Virus record (IMG/VR): IMGVR_UViG_3300025875_000590
Span: 1 to 64,000 of that record
DNA from: a virus
Lineage: Duplodnaviria > Caudoviricetes
DNA length: 64,000 nucleotides
Reading direction: 5' to 3' (one strand)
Each line of letters begins with the position of its first letter. The stretch's first letter is position 1. A model generated the notes under the pieces. The model did no database searches. It was given only the letters and a program-made list of their open reading frames with translations, and was not told the origin of the DNA. Positions 1 to 8,612 of this stretch are shown here, piece by piece. The position numbers were made by a program, and so were the translations under genes.

Positions 1-578
1 CCGCCGGCATCGGGGTCGTGCCGGCGGGCCGCCGCGCGGTACAGCGACTGGAAGGTGCCGCGGTCGGCGATGACCTGGGTGACGGTGACAGCGGTCGCCC
101 CGGTGAGGGCGAGCAGCTCGCGGGCGGAGCGGGCGGGCTCCCCGGCGGGGAGGGTGAGCCACCCGGAGTACTGCTCCCCGGCGGGGGCGATGCCGTACCG
201 GTCGACGCGGCGCAGCGACTCCAGGCCGAGCGCGATCGCGCGCAGGTTGAGCCGCCAGGCGATGTGCAGGTGCGGGGGCTCGGTGGTGAACCGACCGGTG
301 CCGTAGGACAGGGGTCCGTGGCGGGAATCGAAGGAGAGCCGGACGCAGGGCCCGTCGGCGCCGAGGCTGCCCAGCACGGTGGCGTCGACGCGGGCGGGTG
401 CGTGTTGACCCACCTCCAGCTCGAGCAGGACGTGCTCGGCACGCAGGTAGGACAACTCGCGCAGGAGGACGGCGACGGTGCTCGTCCAGGACGAGTGGAA
501 GGGGGACAGCTGGCTGCCGGCGGGGATGCGGTCGGGCTGGGTCAGCGGCCGGACGGTCCACGAGGACAGGCTGGTCAC
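1..578 (-). CDS. Phage protein, partial (3' end outside window), possible C-terminal J-domain-like motif
   Basis: Open frame from GTG 578 (GTGA overlap with rusA stop): ...NLRAIALGLESLRRVDRYG...EQYSGW...RRHDPDAGG; not in ORF track because there is no stop in the window. Confidence 0.6.
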   Translation of the reverse strand, partial: MTSLSSWTVRPLTQPDRIPAGSQLSPFHSSWTSTVAVLLRELSYLRAEHVLLELEVGQHAPARVDATVLGSLGADGPCVRLSFDSRHGPLSYGTGRFTTEPPHLHIAWRLNLRAIALGLESLRRVDRYGIAPAGEQYSGWLTLPAGEPARSARELLALTGATAVTVTQVIADRGTFQSLYRAAARRHDPDAG

Positions 579-1039
579 AGGTCGGCCCCAACGATGGGGC
601 GGACGGTGAACTCGACGCCGACGTCGTAGGGCGGGGCGGCGTAGACCTCGAGGATGCGGAGCGAGACAATCCGGGCGTCGTCGGCGATCGCGCCGGCCTT
701 CGTGAGGGAGTCCCCGAGCGCGCGGATCAGGTGGTCGAGGTCGGGCGGCACGGTGGGCAGCTCGCGGGTGACGGTCTTCCCCCGGCGCAAGCGGAACGTG
801 GCGTCCAGGTGCAGCGGCCCGTCGAGCGGTGCGGTCTGCCCGGCACCGGCCATGGCCTTCTCGGTGGCCTCGATGACCAGCGCACGCCAGGGCCGGAGCC
901 GCTTGCCGTTGGCGTGGTAGGCGGCGCGGCGGGTGCGGGTGCCGTCGGCCGCGGTGTCGGTGCCGCCGCCGCGGACGGCGCCCTGGCCGACGGGGTCGCC
1001 GAGCACGGTGACGCGGAGCGGGGGCGCGGTGGTGGTCAC
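575..1039 (-). CDS. rusA: RusA-like Holliday junction resolvase
   Basis: GDPVGQG...PWR...PDLDHLIRALGDSL...ADDARIV pattern; start moved to GTG 1039. Confidence 0.8.
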   Translation of the reverse strand: MTTTAPPLRVTVLGDPVGQGAVRGGGTDTAADGTRTRRAAYHANGKRLRPWRALVIEATEKAMAGAGQTAPLDGPLHLDATFRLRRGKTVTRELPTVPPDLDHLIRALGDSLTKAGAIADDARIVSLRILEVYAAPPYDVGVEFTVRPIVGADL

Positions 1040-1386
1040 CAGGGGATCTCCTCTGCGGGGCGGAGCGAGGTGAGGGCGAGGCGCATGCGCTCCTCGGCGA
1101 CGAGGGAGTCCCCGAACCCGACGGTCGCGCCGGCCGCGGTGCGCCCGAGCGGGTCGAGGGGGTCGAGCAGGGGGGCGACGGCGGCGGCCAGCCGGTCGGT
1201 GTCTCGCTCCCACGGGTGCCGGACGGCCTCGACCTGGAGGGCGATGTCGGCGCGGCGGCGGGCGCGGGCCTTGCCGGCGGCGATCGACGCGCGGCAGCGG
1301 GCGACCGCGCGGTGGGCGAGCAGGCCGGTGGCGCCGAGCAGCCCGGTGAGGGCGGCGGCGTCGCCGACGTCGGCCAGAACGCTCAT
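1036..1386 (-). CDS. Hypothetical phage protein
   Basis: ATG 1386, overlaps both neighbours. Confidence 0.55.
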   Translation of the reverse strand: MSVLADVGDAAALTGLLGATGLLAHRAVARCRASIAAGKARARRRADIALQVEAVRHPWERDTDRLAAAVAPLLDPLDPLGRTAAGATVGFGDSLVAEERMRLALTSLRPAEEIPW

Positions 1387-1496
1387 CGGCGTGGGGTGGG
1401 GCCGAACCACTCGCGCAGCCACGGCCACGCGAAGGCGGTGGCGAGCCCGCCAGCGCCGAGCAGCGCGCCCGCGGCGACGGCCAGGACGCTCCTCAC
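1383..1496 (-). CDS. Small membrane protein (37 aa)
   Basis: MRSVLAVAAGALLGAGGLATAFAWPWLREW..., stop/start overlaps on both sides. Confidence 0.5.
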   Translation of the reverse strand: MRSVLAVAAGALLGAGGLATAFAWPWLREWFGPTPRR

Positions 1497-2107
1497 TGGT
1501 CGCCCTCCTCGTCGTCGTCTCGGGTGATGGGGGCCTCGCGGAACAGCCCGCCCGAGCCCATCGGGTTGCGGCGCGGGTCGTCGGCGGCCAGCTCGTCGGC
1601 CGGGTCGGGCTCGTCGGGTGCGTCGACCGTGGGGTCGTGGGCGAGGCCGGGCAGGGGCCGCTCCGGCTCGCCCGGGTCGGCGTCGTCCGGGCGGTCGCCG
1701 ACAACGCCGAGCACGCGGACGCCGGGGCGGTCGTCCCGGTCGCCGGCGGCGCGCTCGCGGGCGTCGGGCTCCCGGACGAGCTCAGCGTGCACGCCGAGCT
1801 CGTCCAAGGCGCGCTCCAGCTCGAGGGGCAGCTCGGTCATGCCGGTGCGCTTCTCGACGGCGCGGCGGAGCAGGCGCCGCAGCTCGGTGGCGTCGGGGCC
1901 CTCGCTGATGGGCTCGATCGCGCGGATGCGGGCGGTGGGGAGGGTGCTGCCGTCGTCCACGCTGGTGGTGAGGCGGGAGCAGTCGAGCAGGACGATGGCG
2001 ACGTGCACGCTGGACGGGTCGTCCACGAGGGCGTGCGCGATGGCGGCGAGGCCGTTGCGGTCGCCGGCGGGCAGCGCGGCGGCGAGGCGGACGGACGACG
2101 AGGTCAT
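1493..2107 (-). CDS. Hypothetical phage protein, acidic C-terminus
   Basis: ATG 2107 with RBS-like GGGAG; typical GC3-rich codons. Confidence 0.65.
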   Translation of the reverse strand: MTSSSVRLAAALPAGDRNGLAAIAHALVDDPSSVHVAIVLLDCSRLTTSVDDGSTLPTARIRAIEPISEGPDATELRRLLRRAVEKRTGMTELPLELERALDELGVHAELVREPDARERAAGDRDDRPGVRVLGVVGDRPDDADPGEPERPLPGLAHDPTVDAPDEPDPADELAADDPRRNPMGSGGLFREAPITRDDDEEGDQ

Positions 2108-2268
2108 GGGGACTCCCGGTGTGGGGTGCCGGACGGGGCCCGGAACCGTCGGTGACCGCCCGGAGCGTGACAACTCCAGGCGGTCACCGACGCTACAGCC
2201 ACGGGCCGCCCGGAGCGGAGCGGTCGGCCCGTGGCCAGGGGTGTCGCGGCGTGGCGGGCGGAGGCCGG

Positions 2269-2532
2269 TCAGCCGACGAGCAGGCTGCCGAGGCTGGCGA
2301 AGCCGAACAGGACCCAGCCCCACCCGGAGACCTTGCGGGCGGTGCCGCGGGTGGTGTCGATGCGACGGCCCTGGGGCCCGGCGTAGGACCCGTCCATCTC
2401 CGCCTCGGTGACGGGGCGAGCGGACGCGGTCGCGGCGGGCGCGTCGGCGGTCACGGTGACCACCGGTGCGGCGACAACGGCGACGGGGGTGGCGAGCAGG
2501 ATGGCGACGGCGAGACGGGTGCGCGTGAACAC
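2269..2532 (-). CDS. Small secreted/membrane protein
   Basis: Signal-like N-terminus, hydrophobic C-terminus, preceded by start-associated motif. Confidence 0.65.
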   Translation of the reverse strand: MFTRTRLAVAILLATPVAVVAAPVVTVTADAPAATASARPVTEAEMDGSYAGPQGRRIDTTRGTARKVSGWGWVLFGFASLGSLLVG

Positions 2533-2539
2533 GGGTGCA

Positions 2540-2553
2540 GCTCCTCAGCTGGT
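2540..2553 (-). promoter_or_regulatory. Start-associated motif ACCAGCTGAGGAGC
   Basis: Exact copy 7 nt before start 2532. Confidence 0.85.
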
Positions 2554-2590
2554 GGGTGGTGCGGGGACGAACGCCTGCTGGCGTCCTCGG

Positions 2591-2623
2591 CCCCGGCCGG
2601 GCGGGGACACGGCCCGGCCGGGG
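2591..2623 (-). terminator. Intergenic hairpin, putative terminator
   Basis: 12-bp perfect stem CCCCGGCCGGGC/GCCCGGCCGGGG. Confidence 0.4.
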
Positions 2624-2632
2624 GCGACGACG

Positions 2633-2815
2633 TCAGAGCGGCGCGAGCCCAGAGGCGACGGTGCGCCCGCTCGAGGTGATGAGCACCCGCCCGGGGTGGA
2701 CGTCATGGAGGACGGGATGCGCCCAGGCTTCCTCGTCGTCGTAGGCGTCCCAGACGGTGACCTGGGTGTCGGCTGGCAGGGCCAGCAGCTTCGCGGCCAG
2801 CTCGGCAGCGGTCAT
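2633..2815 (-). CDS. Hypothetical protein (60 aa)
   Basis: Start-associated motif upstream. Confidence 0.7.
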   Translation of the reverse strand: MTAAELAAKLLALPADTQVTVWDAYDDEEAWAHPVLHDVHPGRVLITSSGRTVASGLAPL

Positions 2816-2823
2816 GCGGATCA

Positions 2824-2837
2824 GCTCCTCAGCTGGT
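2824..2837 (-). promoter_or_regulatory. Start-associated motif
   Basis: Exact copy before start 2815. Confidence 0.85.
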
Positions 2838-3007
2838 GTGTGCAGGACGACCCTACCGCGCCGAGCGCGGCGGCGTCCATGCCGAGTGGACGATTTCTCG
2901 GCGTGGTCCAGGCATAGGGAGGGGCCCCGGCGCGACCAGCTGAGGAGGTTGGCACGCGGGGGCCCCGACCACGATGGTAGGGGCCCCCGCGCCTGGGGGG
3001 AAGCTGG

Positions 3008-3427
3008 TCACCCGTTGGTGGGGCAGTACACGGCGACCGCGGCGGCGAGCAGCTCGCGGGCCTCGTCATCGGTGAGCCCGAGGTCGACCATGAGGGCGTC
3101 GCGCAGGCCCTCGGCGGGGACGCCGACGTCCAGGCCGGAGCAGACGCGGTGGCCGCGGTCGATGAGGGCGGCGGCCTGGGCGGGCGGCAGGTCGGTGTCG
3201 GCGCCGAGCAGGGCGGTCAGGAACTCGTCGTCGGCGGGGTCGACCAGCACGAGCACGTCGGCGGGGGCGATGGGCTGGACGGCGGGGATCGCGTCGATGC
3301 GGCGCGGCTCGAGCACAGCGGGAGCGGCGGCGGTGATGCCGGTGCCCGGGTCGGGGAGGGCGGCGACCCCGCCGCCGGTGAGGGCGAGGACGGTGAACAG
3401 GACGACGGTGCGCAGGGTGCGGGACAT
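3008..3427 (-). CDS. DUF732-like secreted protein
   Basis: Signal peptide; DDEFL..L...GHRVC..L...LT..EA......VYCP pattern. Confidence 0.7.
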   Translation of the reverse strand: MSRTLRTVVLFTVLALTGGGVAALPDPGTGITAAAPAVLEPRRIDAIPAVQPIAPADVLVLVDPADDEFLTALLGADTDLPPAQAAALIDRGHRVCSGLDVGVPAEGLRDALMVDLGLTDDEARELLAAAVAVYCPTNG

Positions 3428-3434
3428 GGCGGCA

Positions 3435-3448
3435 GCTCCTCAGCTGGT
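3435..3448 (-). promoter_or_regulatory. Start-associated motif
   Basis: Exact copy before start 3427. Confidence 0.85.
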
Positions 3449-3499
3449 TGGTGGTGCGGTGGTGGTGCTATCGGCAGGTGCCGGGTGGAGCGTGACCGG

Positions 3500-3733
3500 T
3501 CAGGCGGTGAAGCGGCGGCAGTCGCAGAGCTGCCCGTCGGTGACGCGGTGGCAGCCGTAGCGGTCGTGGTGGCCACGGTCGTGACCGCAGCGCCCGCAGG
3601 CGCCCTCGGCGACCGCCTGGAACACGGCGGCGACGAGGTCGAGCTGGCCGGGGACGCCGTCGACCGTCGAGGGAGGCTCGGGCAGCAGGAACGGGAGCGC
3701 GAGCTGGGCGGGGGCGACGGCGGTGGCGGGCAT
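3500..3733 (-). CDS. Small Cys/His protein, likely leaderless
   Basis: CGRCGHDRGHH...GC...CDC; ATG 7 nt after TAGCGT -10 box. Confidence 0.65.
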   Translation of the reverse strand: MPATAVAPAQLALPFLLPEPPSTVDGVPGQLDLVAAVFQAVAEGACGRCGHDRGHHDRYGCHRVTDGQLCDCRRFTA

Positions 3734-3763
3734 GAGGGAGACGCTAGACCTAGACACCGCCGG

Positions 3764-3779
3764 TGTCCAGTCCTAGACG
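3764..3779. promoter_or_regulatory. Operator-like palindrome overlapping -35 (TGGACA-17-TAGCGT on minus strand)
   Basis: TGTCCAGTCCTAGACG. Confidence 0.7.
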
Positions 3780-4146
3780 CGCCGCGCCGGGAAGTTCCTC
3801 GAGGGGTGCGTCCGGGGGGGCAGGTCGTGCAGTGATGACAGCCGCCGGGCGCGAGGACAAGTGGCCCCGGCCGACGCTCACACGCCTTACCTCCACCCGA
3901 GCCGGATGCGGCCCAAGGACAGCTGGGGCGGTCGGCTTGACCCCCCGGACGCTGTGCCGCCGACGCTACGGGCCAGCAGCAGCGGAGCGTGACAGGTAGC
4001 GCACGGCGCGTCGCCGGTTCGAGACGGCCGGCATCATTCGAGAATCATGCCGTCAGGAGAGAGCCCTGCCGCACAGAACAGGCAACACTTGCCTAGCGAC
4101 AAACCGCTGACCAGGCAGGATTACCTACCACCTGACATAATCTAGT

Positions 4147-4530
4147 TTATCGGCGGACACCTCGCAGCCATTCGGCCGCTCGTTCGAGGCGCTCGGGATT
4201 GTCACCGAACCCGCCCAGCCCGACGTTGCAGCCCTGGCACAGCAGCGCCCGCACCCGGCCGTCGTCGTGACAGTGGTCGACCACCAGCACCGGAGCAGCC
4301 GCCGACGGGCTCCCGTCCTTGCGCGGTCGGCCGCCGCGCGAAACGACCGGCAGCTCGTCCTCGTGCCGACGGCAGATGGCGCAGCGGTAGTCCTGAGCGA
4401 TACGCAGCCGGTCGTAGTCGGCTGGCGTGATCTTGTACATGCGCCAGAGGTTGTTCCGGCGAGTTCCTGGTCGCTCGTGGACACGACGCTCAGGCAGGGT
4501 CTGCTCGGTCCAGCGGGGCCGAGGCGTCAT
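4147..4530 (-). CDS. Endonuclease VII family protein
   Basis: YKITPADY...QDYRCAIC...VDHCHDDGRVRALLCQGCNVGLG. Confidence 0.85.
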   Translation of the reverse strand: MTPRPRWTEQTLPERRVHERPGTRRNNLWRMYKITPADYDRLRIAQDYRCAICRRHEDELPVVSRGGRPRKDGSPSAAAPVLVVDHCHDDGRVRALLCQGCNVGLGGFGDNPERLERAAEWLRGVRR

Positions 4531-4949
4531 CCGCTGGCGTCCATCTTTTGCCGGATGAAGCTGGCGGCCATGCCCACGGTGTAGAGCAGGACGTCGACCA
4601 GGTCCGAGGCGCGGGCCTCGTCGGTGGCCAGCACCATGAACAGGTGGGCCGCGGTGTCGGTGTCCCCGTTGAGGAACGCGGTGATGATCTGCCCGGCCGC
4701 CCGGTCCCCGGTCGTGGCTTTCGGGTCGACCTCGAGGGCGAGGAACTTCCCGTCGCCGGGGCGCAGCGGCCGGGGGGCCAGGCGGTTGGCGGCCTCGATG
4801 CTGGAGCAGACGAGCCCGAACATGGCGGCCGGGCCGCGGTCGATGAACGGCCCGAGGGCCTCGGCCAGGTCCTCCCCCGGCTCGGGCCGGGTGGCGACGG
4901 CGAGCACGAGCATGACCTGCTCGACGGCCTCGTCGGTCGGCCAGGTCAT
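4527..4949 (-). CDS. Hypothetical phage protein
   Basis: ATG 4949, overlaps both neighbours. Confidence 0.65.
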   Translation of the reverse strand: MTWPTDEAVEQVMLVLAVATRPEPGEDLAEALGPFIDRGPAAMFGLVCSSIEAANRLAPRPLRPGDGKFLALEVDPKATTGDRAAGQIITAFLNGDTDTAAHLFMVLATDEARASDLVDVLLYTVGMAASFIRQKMDASG

Positions 4950-5593
4950 GCCGGCACCAGCGCGGTGGCGTCGGCGAGCATCCGGTTGAGCTCGGCGGTC
5001 GCGCCCTTCTCCTTCGCGGCCTCGGCCTGCAGCAGCGGAAGCCCGGACTCGATGGAGGCCGTGACCTCGGCGCGGGTGGCGGGGCGGCCCTCGGCCCACC
5101 ACGAGACCTCGGTGGGGTCGCCGAGGTCGACCAGCGTGCCGCCGGCGCCGTCGCCGAACAGGCGCCAGGTGCGGGAGGACCAGACGAGGGCGACGCCGGG
5201 GTTGCGCGGGATCATGCGCCCGGCCGGGGGCAGGTGGGTGCCGCCGGGGAGCGTGTCGATGCCGCGCTCCCGGCGGACCATGCTCGGGGTGGCCAGGAAC
5301 GGGCACGCCCGGGCGGAGTAGACCGCGCACTCGAGGTGGCTGGGGGGCTCGGCGCTGGTGCGGTTGACCGCGCACATGGGGCCGACGACGAAGGCGGCGT
5401 GCCGGCCGCGGGGCTGCCCGCACACCCAGCACCAGTTGAAGTGGATGGCCTCGGGGATGCCGGCGGCGCGAACGACGCGGAAGTCGGGGGTGCCGTCCTC
5501 GTCGCGGTGGACGAACCACGGGATGGGGCGGTCGTGGCGGTCGCGCGGGAGGCGGGCCATGCGGGCGGGGAGGACGGGTGGGGCGAGGACCAT
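4946..5593 (-). CDS. Cys-containing phage protein
   Basis: PDFR...CWVCG...GPMC...EPPSHLECAVYSARACPFL. Confidence 0.7.
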   Translation of the reverse strand: MVLAPPVLPARMARLPRDRHDRPIPWFVHRDEDGTPDFRVVRAAGIPEAIHFNWCWVCGQPRGRHAAFVVGPMCAVNRTSAEPPSHLECAVYSARACPFLATPSMVRRERGIDTLPGGTHLPPAGRMIPRNPGVALVWSSRTWRLFGDGAGGTLVDLGDPTEVSWWAEGRPATRAEVTASIESGLPLLQAEAAKEKGATAELNRMLADATALVPA

Positions 5594-5607
5594 CGGTGGG
5601 CTCCTGG

Positions 5608-5769
5608 TCAGAGGGGGCGGACGGGGGTGAGCGGGGGGAGGACGACGACGCCGCAGGCGCCGTGGCGGCGAGTGCGGTAGCTGCCCTGCGGGCCGCGGCG
5701 GACGACGGCGCGCATGCGCTCACAGGACGGGCAGAGGGCGAACGACAGGACGCGCGGGGGGACGTTCAT
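5608..5769 (-). CDS. Small hypothetical protein (CPSC)
   Basis: ATG 5769 overlaps upstream stop. Confidence 0.45.
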   Translation of the reverse strand: MNVPPRVLSFALCPSCERMRAVVRRGPQGSYRTRRHGACGVVVLPPLTPVRPL

Positions 5770-5954
5770 CGGAGAACCTCGACGGGTCGATCGGGGGTGG
5801 ACTTGCGGAAGCGGGTGACCGGGACGGCGTCCGGGCCGCTGCGGAGCAGGACGTGGTCGATCGCGCGGGAGAGCCGGGCCGCGGCGTCGGCGATGACGGG
5901 GTCGGTGCGCTCGAGCTCGGCGAGGTCGTCGCCGAGCCGGGTGCCGTCGCTCAC
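5766..5954 (-). CDS. Small hypothetical protein
   Basis: GTG 5954 overlaps upstream stop; GC3-rich. Confidence 0.55.
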   Translation of the reverse strand: MSDGTRLGDDLAELERTDPVIADAAARLSRAIDHVLLRSGPDAVPVTRFRKSTPDRPVEVLR

Positions 5955-6274
5955 TCCCGCCCCTCCCCCAGGATCCGCCGGTCGATGACGGCGGCAGCAG
6001 CGCCAACGGCCAGGGACGGCCGGCGGTCGGAGACGGGCAGCGTGCGGGCCCCGGAGACCTCGGTGGAAGCGCCGCAGGACTGGCAGCGCAGGGAGTACCA
6101 GCGGACGCCGAAGTGCTCGCGGTACTCGGGCTCGGCGGGGTCGGTGACGCAGGGGCCCCCGCAGCGGCAGAGCGCGACGGGGGCGCGCTCGCGGTGCGCA
6201 AGGCGCCACGCGACGCCGTCGAGCCGACCGTTGGCGGGGTCGATGAGCTCGGCGAGCAGACGCGTGGCGACCAC
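5951..6274 (-). CDS. Zn-ribbon-like hypothetical protein
   Basis: CRCGGPC and CQSCG motifs. Confidence 0.55.
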   Translation of the reverse strand: MVATRLLAELIDPANGRLDGVAWRLAHRERAPVALCRCGGPCVTDPAEPEYREHFGVRWYSLRCQSCGASTEVSGARTLPVSDRRPSLAVGAAAAVIDRRILGEGRE

Positions 6275-6290
6275 GGCGGGATCCCTTCGG

Positions 6291-7106
6291 TCAGTCGGCG
6301 GCGGGCAGGGCCCGCGTGCCGTCGGGGGTGAGCAGGCCGGAGGCCATTGCCTCGGCCACGAGGTCGGCGGCGTGCTCGGAGGGCCGGACCTGCAGCGTGG
6401 CTCGACCGAGGGTCAGCTCGACGCCGGCGGGGATGAGGACCTCGTGGGTGAGCGGGTCGACCCAGCCCTGGTCCTTCTTGCAGGAGGCGAGGACCGCGGT
6501 GATGAAGCTGTTGCGGACGACGGGCTTGTGGTCGATCTCGTCGGGGGCGTGCTCGAGCACCCAGGCGGTGAACTTCTCCTGGTCGGTGACCTTCCAGGAG
6601 CGGGACGGGCGGGACAGCCCGACCTTCCCGAGCAGCCGGTCCTCCTCGCCGCGGCGGGCGGCAGCGGCGTCCTCGGGGGTGAGGTAGGCGGAGCGGGAGT
6701 CGCCGACGTCGAGCTGGCCGTGGACGTCGGCGCGGGTGTCGGCGTCGGCCTCCTCGATGCGGGCGGTGAGGACCTTCAGCACGAGCAGCCGCACGAGCAG
6801 GTCGTCCAGTGCGGGACCGGCCGGGATGGGCTCCGGCTTGGGCTCGGCGGCGGGGACGGGCTCGGCGGTGCCGGCGGAGTCGACGGCGATCGCGCCGCCG
6901 AGGTGCAGCTCCTTCATGACGTCGGAGGTCGAGCCGTCGGCCAGGACGACGACGTCCGGGCTGGCGGTCAGGGCGGCGGAGAGCCGGGCGGCGTGGGTGC
7001 GGGCGGGCCGGCCCTTGGGGGTGAGGCAGGTGGCGCCGGGGTCGGAGCCGCAGGACGGGCAGTCGACGGTGAGGCCCGGCGCGGTAGCGGGCGCGGTGGT
7101 GGTCAT
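6291..7106 (-). CDS. Zn-finger protein adjacent to RecT
   Basis: ATG 7106 after start-associated motif; CPSCGSDPGATC...H..R N-terminus. Confidence 0.65.
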   Translation of the reverse strand: MTTTAPATAPGLTVDCPSCGSDPGATCLTPKGRPARTHAARLSAALTASPDVVVLADGSTSDVMKELHLGGAIAVDSAGTAEPVPAAEPKPEPIPAGPALDDLLVRLLVLKVLTARIEEADADTRADVHGQLDVGDSRSAYLTPEDAAAARRGEEDRLLGKVGLSRPSRSWKVTDQEKFTAWVLEHAPDEIDHKPVVRNSFITAVLASCKKDQGWVDPLTHEVLIPAGVELTLGRATLQVRPSEHAADLVAEAMASGLLTPDGTRALPAAD

Positions 7107-7115
7107 GGTGGTCAG

Positions 7116-7129
7116 GCTCCTCAGCTGGT
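7116..7129 (-). promoter_or_regulatory. Start-associated motif
   Basis: Exact copy before start 7106. Confidence 0.85.
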
Positions 7130-7183
7130 GGTGGGTGGGGCGGCGCGGCCGGGTCAGGGACCGCGCCGCCGGGTCGAGCAGGG

Positions 7184-8458
7184 TCAGGCGTTGGTGCGGC
7201 CAGCGACCTGGAGGCGGCCCATCCAGGTGCGCAGCCGCACGGTGGAGACGTCCTCGATGACCTGGCGGAACTCGACCACGGCGTGCGAGTCGCGCTGGTC
7301 GTCGCCGCCGAGCTGCTCGGACAGCTCGCGGAGCACGGCGCGGCGCTGGCCGGTCATGCGCCGCAGGTCCTCGGGGTCGGGCTGCGGCTCGGCCTCCGCG
7401 GCGGGGGCGCCGGCGGCGGGGAGCACCTCGCCCTCGACGGCCTCGGCGGGGGCGGGGGCGGTGCGGACGATCGGCTCCCCCACACCCTCGGGGACGTCCT
7501 CCGCGCTGTCGACCTCCTCCGGCTCGGGCTCGCCAGCAGCAGCGGCGAGCCGCTCCTCGTCGGCGCGGATCTCGGCCATGCGCTCGGTCATGCGGACGTG
7601 CAGCAGCTTCCCGCCGCAGTCCCGGTCCCGAGCCGGGCCGGCCTCCCGCCACATCACGCGGACGGCGTCCAGCGTGGTGGCCGCCTCGAGGCGGGCCGTC
7701 CAGGCAGCGCAGTCCAGGCCGGTGGCGTCGGGCTGGTCCGCGGCGAGCGGAGCAGCAGCAGGACCGGCCTCGCCGTCGACCACGACCTGCCCTGATCGCG
7801 GCGGCGTGACCCGCGTGGTGGTGGTCGAGGGCCCGGGCCCGGCCTGCTGCTGCTCGGCGCGGGAGTCGGCCTGTCCCATCTCCTCGTCGGTGTAGATGCC
7901 CGACAGGTCCTGCGGAAACGCCCGCCGCAGCGCCAGCGCCTCGGCGCACTTCGCCAGCTGGCCAGCGCCACGCGAGGCCCACATCGCAGTCGGCGAGCCG
8001 TTCCGGTTGGTCTGGACGTACTCCTGCCACAGCGCGATGGCCGGGAACCGGCCACCGTTGCGGAGCACCGTGACCTTCGCGGCGGCCGGCGGGTTGGTCG
8101 ACACCCACACGTCGCGCCACGCCCCGTCCGGGCCGCACCACAGGGTGTCCTCGTACTCCAGCGCCTCCCGCGACCGGTCAGCCGCGCGCCGGGCGATGAG
8201 CCGGTACCCGTCGATGCCGGTCTGGATGGTCTGCTTCGTGCCCTCTTGCGACCAGCGGCCGATCATGTAGATCTGCTTGGCAAACGGGTCGAGGCCGGTG
8301 CGGGTGGCCTGGTGGAAGAACACCGCCAGGTCGCCCTCCCCGGCGTCCTTCACGCCGAGCTGCTGGAGCGCAGCCACCTGCGTCTCGGTGAAGCCGGTCT
8401 GCCCATCTGCGATGGCGAGAGCCGAAGCCGGCCCACGCACCGCCACATCGTTGCTCAT
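7184..8458 (-). CDS. recT: RecT/Bet single-strand annealing protein
   Basis: TGLDPFAKQIYMI...IQTGIDGYRLIAR...QLAKCAEALALRRAFP..LSGIYTDEEM. Confidence 0.9.
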   Translation of the reverse strand: MSNDVAVRGPASALAIADGQTGFTETQVAALQQLGVKDAGEGDLAVFFHQATRTGLDPFAKQIYMIGRWSQEGTKQTIQTGIDGYRLIARRAADRSREALEYEDTLWCGPDGAWRDVWVSTNPPAAAKVTVLRNGGRFPAIALWQEYVQTNRNGSPTAMWASRGAGQLAKCAEALALRRAFPQDLSGIYTDEEMGQADSRAEQQQAGPGPSTTTTRVTPPRSGQVVVDGEAGPAAAPLAADQPDATGLDCAAWTARLEAATTLDAVRVMWREAGPARDRDCGGKLLHVRMTERMAEIRADEERLAAAAGEPEPEEVDSAEDVPEGVGEPIVRTAPAPAEAVEGEVLPAAGAPAAEAEPQPDPEDLRRMTGQRRAVLRELSEQLGGDDQRDSHAVVEFRQVIEDVSTVRLRTWMGRLQVAGRTNA

Positions 8459-8521
8459 TCGTACAGGTCCTCCTCCACGAGGCGAGCCGCGCGGTGCGGC
8501 TCAACATGGACGGTAGCAGAG

Positions 8522-8537
8522 TGTCGAGCAGTAGACG
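8522..8537. promoter_or_regulatory. Degenerate operator overlapping recT promoter (TCGTCT-17-TACCGT, minus strand)
   Basis: TGTCGAGCAGTAGACG. Confidence 0.45.
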
Positions 8538-8612
8538 AGTCCAACACCGCGCCGTCCTGACCAGGACGCTAGGCCCCGGGTCCGACAAGACGCCCAACCC
8601 ACACCCGATCGA

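Noticed and set aside
5853-7895. Long + strand ORFs in the track (also 12800-14446, 29737-31953, 35154-36974, 37105-39189, 38742-40247, 47271-49322)
   Set aside because: Antisense shadows of real minus-strand genes, expected in very high-GC DNA; no recognisable motifs.
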